This document shows positions 10,506 to 20,602 of a DNA stretch of 40,475 nucleotides, one piece after another. A program made the translations under genes and the position numbers. The notes under the pieces are model-generated. The model saw nothing but the letters and a program-made list of their open reading frames with translations, ran no database searches and had not been told where the DNA came from. The stretch comes from a virus (taxonomy: Duplodnaviria > Heunggongvirae > Uroviricota > Caudoviricetes): IMG/VR virus record IMGVR_UViG_2875713109_000005; one strand, written 5' to 3'. The stretch's first letter is position 1. The number at the start of each line of letters is the position of its first letter.

Positions 10506-10700
10506 ATGAACGTCAAGAACATGTTTTACGGTGCCATTCTGGTAAGTGCTGTATGGGCGGTTATTTTGCTCTCATGGTTTGAATCCAGCCTTACCTTAAG
10601 CGATTACCTCAGGTACGAATCGGTAATCCTGATCCCATGCCTGCTGTGGGTTGCTGTTTATGGGTTAGGTAAACGTTACCTCCAAAGAACATCAAACTAG
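10506..10700 (+). CDS. small two-TM membrane protein, unknown function
   Basis: 64 aa with two hydrophobic helices (FYGAILVSAVWAVILLSWF and VILIPCLLWVAVYGL). A GC-rich hairpin follows at 10737-10761. Confidence 0.4.
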   Translation: MNVKNMFYGAILVSAVWAVILLSWFESSLTLSDYLRYESVILIPCLLWVAVYGLGKRYLQRTSN

Positions 10701-10775
10701 CCGCGCCAGCGACTTTTTTTACACCTTCGTTTAATTCCCTGGCTCACCTGGACAGCCAGGGAATTCTGCCCAGCG

Positions 10776-11255
10776 CTACTGGCTTGCTGTGCCAAACTTT
10801 CCGTTGCAGATTTCCTCATTCACAATGGCCTGAAACATGGAAACAGAATTTCTAGCCTTATCCCTCAGTGCATTAATGAGTTCTGTGTCGTGTATTTTGT
10901 TGTAGAAAATGAAAGTAGAAACATCAAACTGGAGTTTAAATGCTGCTTTCCTTATGGCTAAACCTGACGTGATCGTTATCTCATTATGTATGCGAAGATA
11001 GGCAAGATAATCATCGTTATTTGCTTCACACTGCTCATATAAATATTTTTGCATGAGAGATTGAGACAAGGCCAGAAATTCCACATATCGTTTGGTTTTT
11101 ATTTCTTTATCTTTTAATCCCTGTACTGCCGCTTCTTTTTTTAATTCGTGCTTTTGTGTTAGCTTAAGAGTCAGCCACCCCCCTAAAATAGTCAGCAACG
11201 ACCCCAAACCTATTTTTACGGCATTATCAGCCACATCCACCCACTCAGTCGCCAT
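10776..11255 (-). CDS. N-terminally membrane-anchored helical protein, unknown function
   Basis: 159 aa with one TM segment (IGLGSLLTILGGWLTL) followed by a predicted helical soluble domain. AT-rich. Confidence 0.5.
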   Translation of the reverse strand: MATEWVDVADNAVKIGLGSLLTILGGWLTLKLTQKHELKKEAAVQGLKDKEIKTKRYVEFLALSQSLMQKYLYEQCEANNDDYLAYLRIHNEITITSGLAIRKAAFKLQFDVSTFIFYNKIHDTELINALRDKARNSVSMFQAIVNEEICNGKFGTASQ

Positions 11256-11372
11256 CTGTTACTCGTTCTTCCTGTGATGATCATGGTTGCCAGTATAATT
11301 CCAGCACAGACTGGACGTACAGCATTTTCTGTCCAGTAGACAGACTGTTACACTCAGGATAGGATAGCTTCT

Positions 11373-11822
11373 ATGGTTAAATTTCCAGGTGAAGTTATGA
11401 GTTCGTCCGCTGCTGTAACCGTTATAACTGGTGTTCTTGTTTTTGTTGGTGGTCAGCTCATTGTAAAGAGCGCGATTGAACCTTATATAGAATTCAAGAA
11501 ACAATTGGGAAAAATATCAAATCTGCTATTAGCTAACCAAGCTAAATTAGCTAATCCTTGTGCTGTTGAAATGTCTGAGATCATCCATGAGTTGAAAGAT
11601 GCCGCAGCTCAGTTAATGTCGAAGCATTCAGCTTTGCCTTTCTATATCAAAAAATTCCATATCGGATTCCGCTTTGTTCCATCAACGCCTGAAATTATTA
11701 GTTCGGCGCAAAAATTGAATTTGATAGCATCAATACATGAAGGTAAAAGCAAGGAAAGTACATATGAGCACATAGCCGAGATTGGACGTATGCTCAAAAT
11801 CCCAACCACCTATTCTCTTTAA
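11373..11822 (+). CDS. N-terminally membrane-anchored helical protein, unknown function
   Basis: The likelier start is ATG 11397, preceded by AGGTGA. It has one TM segment (AAVTVITGVLVFVGGQLIV) followed by a helical domain, and is divergent from 10776-11255. A terminator-like hairpin plus T5 follows at ~11880-11905. Confidence 0.5.
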   Translation: MVKFPGEVMSSSAAVTVITGVLVFVGGQLIVKSAIEPYIEFKKQLGKISNLLLANQAKLANPCAVEMSEIIHELKDAAAQLMSKHSALPFYIKKFHIGFRFVPSTPEIISSAQKLNLIASIHEGKSKESTYEHIAEIGRMLKIPTTYSL

Positions 11823-11994
11823 TCTTCACGCCGATCAGATTACATAATCCACGCGCCACCTGGACATTCAGGTAAAAAAGTCCAACTGGTGAGGTTGGGC
11901 TTTTTGGCTTTCCGGTTCTGTTGGTGGCTATGACCGGAGAAAATTGCTCTACACCTAACGCTTACATTTTATTTACAGCGTTTGATATCTTCCT

Positions 11995-12039
11995 CGCCTT
12001 TAACGCCTTTAACGCCTTTAACGCCTTTAACGCCTTTAA
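11995..12039. repeat. 9-bp tandem repeat CGCCTTTAA x5
   Basis: Five perfect head-to-tail copies, followed by a G6 run. Confidence 0.95.
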
Positions 12040-12110
12040 GGGGGGAAGATAGAGCAACTCACCGATGATGAATAAAGTGGACGAAGAGACGATAACTACA
12101 CTCCCATCCA

Positions 12111-12127
12111 GGGGGGGGGCTTTTTTT
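12111..12127. repeat. homopolymer pair G9-C-T7
   Basis: GGGGGGGGGCTTTTTTT, ~320 bp upstream of the 12449 gene. Confidence 0.9.
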
Positions 12128-12448
12128 GTGGTACTGTAGTGTGGGAGTAAGTTCGGGTCTCATATTGAATGAGGCGATTGCGAGCTGCCTTTCATCGAAA
12201 ACTAATGTCCATTGTCATTGTATTGTCTGACTCTATCTCGTAACAAGTCTTTGACACAAAGTTTTATATTTTTATCAAAGTGGACATGAGGGGAATTAAA
12301 TTTGTGATCTTTTTCAAATAATGTGTTCTTGATAGTAGATTCTGGTTAGTGATATCTATTAACAATATATTAAATTTCTTTTGTATTATCGCTGATAAAA
12401 CTACTGTATTGGTATACTATATATTATTGAGTAACAGGAGATATCACT

Positions 12449-13951
12449 ATGAAGAAATTTTATCAATTTAGGGATGAACAGCGAAAGGAGCTTGAACAAC
12501 ATGATTTTTATAGTTTGATTTCTTCAGATTGTATAGCGTTGAAAGACAAACTATTATTTGCTCCTGTTATGGCTCATTTCATAATGAACTTCAGAGACAT
12601 GAATAAATGGGTTATCAGGTTTGATAACAATGATAATGAATATAAATCTGTTATAAACGGTGGAACAATCGAGGATGAAACACATTCAAGATTGTTTCTG
12701 GAAGACTGGAGGAAACTATATATAGATGACAAACTTAACTGGAAAGCAAGTGATGTTATATACTGGTTGTTTATTAGTCGAGAAATGGAGTGTTTCCGAA
12801 AATTTGGTATTGATTTTATGAGACTTTGTGTAGATGATGGAGGAGACCCAATACTTCGATATTCTCACTCCGAGTCAGGAGAAACTTGCGGTAATATATT
12901 CTTTTCAAGAATTAGTCCTATTGCTGATCAAGTTGCCAATCATTTGGGAATATCACTCCGTTATTTTGGAACATTTCACCTTAATCTTGAAAATGGACAT
13001 GTATGGAAGTCAGAAGGTGTTTTTGAAAATATAGAGTTGTCACCAGATTCTTATAAGAAAATGGCTACTCTATCAAAGAGAATGTTTGATATATTTGAAG
13101 GAATTCATGACTCTTTTTATAATTACCTGTCCAGTTATGTTCTTAATGGAAGTCATCCGTCATTTTTTGAATCATTACCTGTAGGGAAAAATGTTGCACC
13201 TATATACCCTGAATTTGTGATAGAAAACAAAAGCCATAACGATGGTAGACATATTGAACATATAAACAATTACCTGGAAAAAATATCGAGTCATGAGTTC
13301 TTTAAATGGCTGATTAACACCTCAATAGACCCTCAATTGAAATTGAAAAGTTTCATACCTCTTTGGATTGTTGATATTATGGGGTATAGAGATATTAATA
13401 AATATGTTTTTACATATGAACAGCCTGAATCAGAAAGTGAAAAGATTATAAATGATTATGCATTACACTTGTCAGAGCATAGCCGTTTATTTTATCATGA
13501 CTGGAAGTCACTTCAACTTGATGATATGTTACGTTGGAGTGCCAGTGATACTCTTGAGTTTATTTTTCTTAATTCAGATATGGATATGCATAGAGAAAAT
13601 ATAGTTAAGTTTTCTTTGTTCGGATTAAAACACAGAGATCCTGTTATCAGGTTCTGGTTTATGATGATACTGGAGTTAAGTGGAAAAGAATTTTTCTCTC
13701 ATGTTGGAGATATAGCTTTACAGGTGGAAAGTAAATATAATATTTATCTCCCATATTTATGTGGACGCCATGCAACAGAAAATGAGCATGAAGCATATAA
13801 TAATATGTATGAGCATTTTATGGTAAAGGAACTTAGCCCTGAACAAAGTGATCTAATAATACAAATTACAGACATGGTTATGCGGTCATTATTGAATAAT
13901 TTGGATATCTCATATCGATATGTAGTAAATAATTTATTGGCAGCTCGTTAG
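12449..13951 (+). CDS. 500-aa protein made of two tandem heme-oxygenase-like (putative diiron, PF14518-like) domains; function unknown
   Basis: AGGAG lies 8 nt upstream of the ATG. The gene is very AT-rich. There is an internal duplication: HDFYSLIS...FAPVMAHFIMNFRDMNKWV...ETHSRLFLEDWRKLYIDDKLNWKASDVIYWLF in the N half matches HEFFKWLIN...FIPLWIVDIMGYRDINKYV...SEHSRLFYHDWKSLQLDDMLRWSASDTLEFIF in the C half. The E..H..LF..(D)W..L motif is reminiscent of iron-containing redox enzyme / HO-like folds. Confidence 0.7.
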   Translation: MKKFYQFRDEQRKELEQHDFYSLISSDCIALKDKLLFAPVMAHFIMNFRDMNKWVIRFDNNDNEYKSVINGGTIEDETHSRLFLEDWRKLYIDDKLNWKASDVIYWLFISREMECFRKFGIDFMRLCVDDGGDPILRYSHSESGETCGNIFFSRISPIADQVANHLGISLRYFGTFHLNLENGHVWKSEGVFENIELSPDSYKKMATLSKRMFDIFEGIHDSFYNYLSSYVLNGSHPSFFESLPVGKNVAPIYPEFVIENKSHNDGRHIEHINNYLEKISSHEFFKWLINTSIDPQLKLKSFIPLWIVDIMGYRDINKYVFTYEQPESESEKIINDYALHLSEHSRLFYHDWKSLQLDDMLRWSASDTLEFIFLNSDMDMHRENIVKFSLFGLKHRDPVIRFWFMMILELSGKEFFSHVGDIALQVESKYNIYLPYLCGRHATENEHEAYNNMYEHFMVKELSPEQSDLIIQITDMVMRSLLNNLDISYRYVVNNLLAAR

Positions 13952-14051
13952 AAGAACAGCATTGGTATGACTCTGATGCTCCTTAAAATCCCACTTTTCA
14001 GAGTGGGATTTGTTTAATGCCCAGAACAGGGGGAATTTCCATTCATGCCCA

Positions 14052-14348
14052 GGTGATGCTGCCAACTTACTGATTTAGTGTATGATGGTGTTTTTGAGGT
14101 GCTCCAGTGGCTTCTGTTTCTATCAGCTGTCCCTCCTGTTCAGCTACTGACGGAGTGGTGCGTAACGGCAAAAGCACCGCCGGACATCAGCGCTATCTCT
14201 AATTGAGCGGCATAACCTGAATCTGAGGCAGCACCTGGCACGGCTGGGACGGAAGTCGCTGTCGTTCTCAAAATCGGTGGAGCTGCATGACAAAGTCATC
14301 GGGCATTATCTGAACATAAAACACTATCAATAAGTTGGAGTCATTACC
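14052..14348 (+). mobile_element. internally deleted IS1 (both ends retained, ~297 bp)
   Basis: IRL GGTGATGCTGCCAACTTACTG... runs from 14052 through the first ~149 nt (insA 5'). The sequence then jumps at ~14201 to the last ~148 nt of IS1 (...AATTGAGCGGCATAACCTGAATCTGAGG...AAGTTGGAGTCATTACC, ending at 14348). Confidence 0.85.
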
Positions 14349-14406
14349 CCCCGGACGAGTGGGAATCCATGGTAGGGATTTTTACCGAAATGGAAGAACA
14401 CTATTA

Positions 14407-14444
14407 GGGGGCACCTCAGAAAACGGAAAATAAAGCACGCTAAG
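14407..14444. repeat. Tn21-subgroup 38-bp terminal inverted repeat (mer end)
   Basis: GGGGGCACCTCAGAAAACGGAAAATAAAGCACGCTAAG. The merR stop lies inside it, as in Tn21. Confidence 0.8.
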
Positions 14445-14874
14445 GCATAGCTGACCTTGCCAGGCCTGCTTCGCCCTGTAGTGACGCGATCAACGGGCAG
14501 GAAACATTCCCCTTTCGTGCATGGCAGGCGCACACGAGTTCAGACAGCACGGTTTCCATGCGCGCCAAGTCGGCCATCTTCTCGCGCACGTCCTTGAGCT
14601 TGTGTTCGGCCAGGCTGCTGGCCTCCTCGCAGTGGGTGCCATCGTCGAGCCGCAACAGCTCGGCAATCTCGTCCAGACTGAACCCCAGCCGCTGTGCCGA
14701 TTTCACGAATTTCACCCGAACCACGTCCGCCTCCCCATAGCGGCGGATGCTGCCGTAAGGCTTGTCCGGTTCCCGCAACAGGCCCTTGCGCTGATAGAAG
14801 CGGATTGTCTCCACGTTGACCCCGGCCGCCTTGGCAAAAACGCCAATGGTCAGGTTTTCCAAATTATTTTCCAT
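14440..14874 (-). CDS. merR: Hg(II)-responsive transcriptional regulator MerR
   Basis: 144 codons from ATG 14874 ([33 protein letters not shown]...). The metal-binding Cys residues are present in [12 protein letters not shown]. The ORF-track N-terminal extension is spurious. Confidence 0.95.
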
Positions 14875-14879
14875 ATCGC

Positions 14880-14910
14880 TTGACTCCGTACATGAGTACG
14901 GAAGTAAGGT
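14880..14910 (+). promoter_or_regulatory. merOP: PmerT promoter with the MerR dyad operator
   Basis: -35 TTGACT (14880-14885), dyad TCCGTACATGAGTACGGA (14885-14902) and -10 TAAGGT (14905-14910), with the characteristic 19-bp spacer. Confidence 0.9.
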
Positions 14911-14945
14911 TACGCTATCCAATCCAAATTCAAAAGGGCCAACGT

Positions 14946-15035
14946 ATGTCTGAACCACAAAACGGGCGCGGTGCGCTCTTCGCCGGCGGGCTGGCCGCCA
15001 TTCTTGCATCGACCTGCTGCCTGGGGCCGCTAGTA
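14946..15035 (+). pseudogene. merT: merT 5' fragment truncated by Tn3-family insertion
   Basis: [30 protein letters not shown], after which the Tn3 IR starts at 15036. Confidence 0.9.
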
Positions 15036-15068
15036 GGGGTCTGACGCTCAGTGGAACGAAAACTCACG

Positions 15069-18000
15069 TTAAGCAACGTTTTCTGCCTCTGACGCCTCTT
15101 TTAATGGTCTCAGATGTCCTTTGGTCACCAGTTCTGCCAGCGTGAAGGAATAATGGCCGAGCATATTGATATGTCCGTGGCAAAGCGGGGAGAGGCGTGC
15201 GATATCTTCATCATTCAGTGTTTCACCCTGCGCCCGGAGATGATCCAGGGCTGCCTGCATATAAATAGTGTTCCATAACACGACGGCGTTAGTGACCAGC
15301 CCCAGTGTGCCCAGTTGATCTTCCTGACCGTCGGTATATCGTTTTCTTATCTCACCTTTTTGACCGTGACAGATGGCTCTGGCAACGGCATGGCGACTTT
15401 CTCCCCGATTAAGCTGGGTCAGAATGCGCCGGCGGTAATCTTCATCATCAATATAATTAAGCAGATACAGCGTTTTGTTGATGCGCCCCACTTCAATGAT
15501 TGCCTGAGTCAGTCCGGAAGGACGTTCACTTTTCAGCAATGAACGGACCAGCACTGAAACCTGTACTTTGCCCAGCTTCAGGGAGCCAGCGGTCCGGATC
15601 ATTTCGTCCCACTGAAGGACTATTTTTCGGGGATCTGATTGCCCTCTGGCAATATCATTCAGCACGCCATAGTCGGCATCATGGTCCATTCGCCAGAAAA
15701 CCGAAGCACCGGCATCAGCCAGGCGTGGAGAAAACTGGTATCCCAGCAGCCAGAAAAGGCCAAAGACAAGTTCGCTGGCACCTGCTGTATCGGTCATAAT
15801 TTCGGTTGGATTCAGCCCGGTCTCCTGTTCCAGAAGACCTTCCAGCACAAAGATAGAGTCCCTCAGCGTCCCCGGTATAACGATGCCATGAAAGCCGGAA
15901 TACTGATCGGACACAAAGTTGTACCAGGTGATCCCTCTGTTATTACCAAAGTATTTGCGGTTCGGTCCGGCATTGATTGTTCTGACTGGCGTAACAAAGC
16001 GCATTCCATCTGCAGATGCCACTTCTCCTCCACCCCATATCTGTGCCAGTGGCAGCGTTGCCTGAAAATCAACCAGTCTGGCATTAGCGCTGGTGATAGT
16101 TTCAGCCCGCAGATAGTTCGCTTTTGTCCAGTTCAGCCGGTGTCGGGTCAGTGCAGGAACATTTGATCTGATCAGTGGTTCCAGACCGATATTGCAGGCT
16201 TCAGCCATCAGCACGGCGCTGATGCTGACGGGCAGATCATCAACTCTGGCACTGGCTTCACTAGCATGGAAAAACTCATCAGCAAATCCGGTATGGGCGT
16301 TAATTTCGAGCAGCAACTCCGTTAAATCCACCGGAGGGAGTAGATCACTGATCATTTTGCTCAGTCGTTTCAGACTGTCCGGCTCATCAAGACTGGCGAG
16401 GGGAGAAATTGTCAACCGGGGCTTCGGGCCAGAAACATCGAGTTCGACAGCCTCATTTTCGCAAAGACGTGCAGCAACCTGTCTGTAACGACTATCAAGC
16501 TGATGACCCAGAGATTTTATTGCTTCCTGCGGGTCTGTCGGGTGCCCCAAAGAACGATAAACCTTAATCCGGTTTGCCTGCCAGTCAGCACCCTGTAGTA
16601 ATCTTGCACGAGGATCTCCCCACCGGTTACTGCCGGTAACGTAGACATCCCTCCGCCTCAGACTATCCTGCAGTTTACTGAGAAAGCAGAGCGTGTATCC
16701 CCTGCGGGTGATATGTTTTTCCTTGTTAATCACCAGCCGTTTCCATGACCGACTGATAATTTCCGTTGGTGCGTCGTCAAAAAACTGCCGCCGTGAGCTG
16801 AACTCCCGGCTGAGGTAGTCACAGGCATTCAGAGTGGTAACCCCGGCAGGTGCGGATGAAAATTTAACGGTATTCAGCAGATGGGGCAGGAAACGACGAA
16901 CGCGCCCGTACTGCTCCACCATTTCTTCATGAAAATTATCGTCTGAGGGCCGGGCAATTTCACGGACAAGCGTGATGATTTCAGCCAGCTTTTGCCTTGG
17001 GATGTAGCTGAACACCTCAGCACGAATCGATTCGTCCGGTGTTTCTTCTTTCAGCAGGTACGAACATGCGCTGGCGAGCGCCAATGCAGATTTATCCAGA
17101 TCCTTCAGCGAGCGGAGCCGTTTTTTCTGCCCAATCTTTCTGGCGTCACGGATGATAACGGCCAGCATGGCGTCCAGAACGTCCAATGCATCATCCAGCG
17201 CCAGCGTTTCCCATGCAAGGACAAAGGCAACCAGAACCGCCATCCTTTTCTGCGGTGACATCCTGGCAATATTGAACACCGAAGTCATACCAGCATAACG
17301 TGCGAGATTTTTCAGGCGCACAGCCGGGAGTGTACTCAGGTTTTCAGCATGCAGGCCAAAATCGTTCAGAGTTTTCCAGCGTTCAATTGCTTCATTAAAC
17401 GCCGGACCACTGATGGTCACAGGGCCCTTTTTCAGTGATTCCAGTAAAGACAGGCGGCTGCAATCAGTTGGCCCCAGCAGCATCTCCAGCTGTGAACGCT
17501 GTTCGGCTGACGGTATCAGTGCCAGTTTGTTCCACAGGCGCAACGTCGCCTTTTCCCTTACCTCTGAAATCAACCGGGTCAGCGTAGTGGCTCCGGGGAG
17601 AATAATACGATGTTGCATAAGCCACCCTGTCGCCAGATCGAAAAGCAGGCCAGGACGTTCGTTGCTTATCCAGCTCCGGGTATATAAAAGACGGGTAAGG
17701 CGAAATGTCCAGGGCCAGGCAAATTCACGATACTGATAGTGCTGACGTATCAGCGCTGCATGCTCACGGCGGGTATTTTCCCTCTGACCGTATTCTGCAA
17801 GAACGGTGATATCACGAATCCCGAGCTGTCTGGCGGTAAAATGCCGGACGCCGGAAGGAATATGATTCATATCGGTGAGGAAGGTGCCCAGAAAACGGAC
17901 ACATCCAATTTGCAGGGCAATGCCCAGACGGTTGTGATCACCTCTGCTTTTTCCGATAAATTCCTTGTCTGCTTCATCAAGGTGAAAATATCGTGCCAGC

Positions 18001-18074
18001 TGAAGCTCATCCGGTTCACCGGTGAATCTGCCATAGCTTTCAGTCTGCTCAGTGGTCAGAAAGTCAACGGGCAT
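15069..18074 (-). CDS. tnpA: Tn3 transposase
   Basis: 1001 codons from ATG 18074 (MPVDFLTTEQTESYGRF...). The ORF track extends 53 codons upstream through res, which is spurious. Confidence 0.95.
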   Translation of the reverse strand: MPVDFLTTEQTESYGRFTGEPDELQLARYFHLDEADKEFIGKSRGDHNRLGIALQIGCVRFLGTFLTDMNHIPSGVRHFTARQLGIRDITVLAEYGQRENTRREHAALIRQHYQYREFAWPWTFRLTRLLYTRSWISNERPGLLFDLATGWLMQHRIILPGATTLTRLISEVREKATLRLWNKLALIPSAEQRSQLEMLLGPTDCSRLSLLESLKKGPVTISGPAFNEAIERWKTLNDFGLHAENLSTLPAVRLKNLARYAGMTSVFNIARMSPQKRMAVLVAFVLAWETLALDDALDVLDAMLAVIIRDARKIGQKKRLRSLKDLDKSALALASACSYLLKEETPDESIRAEVFSYIPRQKLAEIITLVREIARPSDDNFHEEMVEQYGRVRRFLPHLLNTVKFSSAPAGVTTLNACDYLSREFSSRRQFFDDAPTEIISRSWKRLVINKEKHITRRGYTLCFLSKLQDSLRRRDVYVTGSNRWGDPRARLLQGADWQANRIKVYRSLGHPTDPQEAIKSLGHQLDSRYRQVAARLCENEAVELDVSGPKPRLTISPLASLDEPDSLKRLSKMISDLLPPVDLTELLLEINAHTGFADEFFHASEASARVDDLPVSISAVLMAEACNIGLEPLIRSNVPALTRHRLNWTKANYLRAETITSANARLVDFQATLPLAQIWGGGEVASADGMRFVTPVRTINAGPNRKYFGNNRGITWYNFVSDQYSGFHGIVIPGTLRDSIFVLEGLLEQETGLNPTEIMTDTAGASELVFGLFWLLGYQFSPRLADAGASVFWRMDHDADYGVLNDIARGQSDPRKIVLQWDEMIRTAGSLKLGKVQVSVLVRSLLKSERPSGLTQAIIEVGRINKTLYLLNYIDDEDYRRRILTQLNRGESRHAVARAICHGQKGEIRKRYTDGQEDQLGTLGLVTNAVVLWNTIYMQAALDHLRAQGETLNDEDIARLSPLCHGHINMLGHYSFTLAELVTKGHLRPLKEASEAENVA

Positions 18075-18795
<721 letters not shown>

Positions 18796-18907
18796 TACGC
18801 CTATTTTTATAGGTTAATGTCATGATAATAATGGTTTCTTAGACGTCAGGTGGCACTTTTCGGGGAAATGTGCGCGGAACCCCTATTTGTTTATTTTTCT
18901 AAATACA

Positions 18908-18936
18908 TTCAAATATGTATCCGCTCATGAGACAAT
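18908..18936 (+). promoter_or_regulatory. bla P3-type promoter
   Basis: -35 TTCAAA (18908-18913), a 17-bp spacer, and -10 GACAAT (18931-18936). Confidence 0.7.
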
Positions 18937-18965
18937 AACCCTGGTAAATGCTTCAATAATATTGA

Positions 18966-19838
<873 letters not shown>

Positions 19839-19985
19839 CTGTCAGACCAAGTTTACTCATATATACTTTAGATTGATTTAAAACTTCATTTTTAATTTAA
19901 AAGGATCTAGGTGAAGATCCTTTTTGATAATCTCATGACCAAAATCCCTTAACGTGAGTTTTCGTTCCACTGAGCGTCAGACCCC

Positions 19986-20602
19986 CTGAACAATGTGACG
20001 GACTCAGAAGCCTTCCCGGGTCTTATCCGGCAGACTCACAGAAAAATCAGGGCAGCATCGGCAGATGGCGCTTACGACACCCGGCTCTGTCACGATGAAC
20101 TGCGGCGTAAGAAAATCAGCGCCCTTATCCCACCCCGAAAAGGTGCGGGTTACTGGCCCGGTGAATATGCAGACCGTAACCGTGCAGTGGCTAATCAGCG
20201 AATGACCGGGAGTAATGCGCGGTGGAAATGGACAACAGATTACAACCGTCGCTCGATAGCGGAAACGGCGATGTACCGGGTGGGTTACTGGCCCGGTGAA
20301 TATGCAGACCGTAACCGTGCAGTGGCTAATCAGCGAATGACCGGGAGTAATGCGCGGTGGAAATGGACAACAGATTACAACCGTCGCTCGATAGCGGAAA
20401 CGGCGATGTACCGGGTAAAACAGCTGTTCGGAGGTTCACTGACACTGCGTGACTACGATGGTCAGGTTGCAGAGGCTATGGCCCTGGTACGAGCGCTGAA
20501 CAAAATGACGAAAGCAGGTATGCCTGAAAGCGTGCGTATTGCCTGAAAACACAACCCGCTACGGGGGAGACTTACCCGAAATCTGATTTATTCAACAAAG
20601 CC
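19986..20602 (+). mobile_element. IS903 3' fragment with a 135-bp internal tandem duplication
   Basis: It starts mid-transposase (..LNNVTDSEAFPGL..) directly at the Tn3 IR. 20147-20281 is repeated at 20282-20416. The terminal IR GATTTATTCAACAAAGCC ends at 20602. Confidence 0.85.

Noticed and set aside
11995-12039. Possible CRISPR-like array
   Set aside because: The repeats are only 9 bp, directly abutting with no spacers. This is a simple tandem repeat.
14875-15009. 45-codon N-terminal extension of merR in the ORF track
   Set aside because: It reads through the well-defined merOP promoter and the merT start on the opposite strand. The canonical MerR starts at MENNLENL.
20147-20416. 45-aa in-frame duplication in the IS903 transposase as a biological domain duplication
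   Set aside because: It is an exact 135-bp tandem copy inside a multi-copy IS in a draft assembly. It is more likely a mis-assembly or a very recent slippage event, and the fragment is non-functional anyway.
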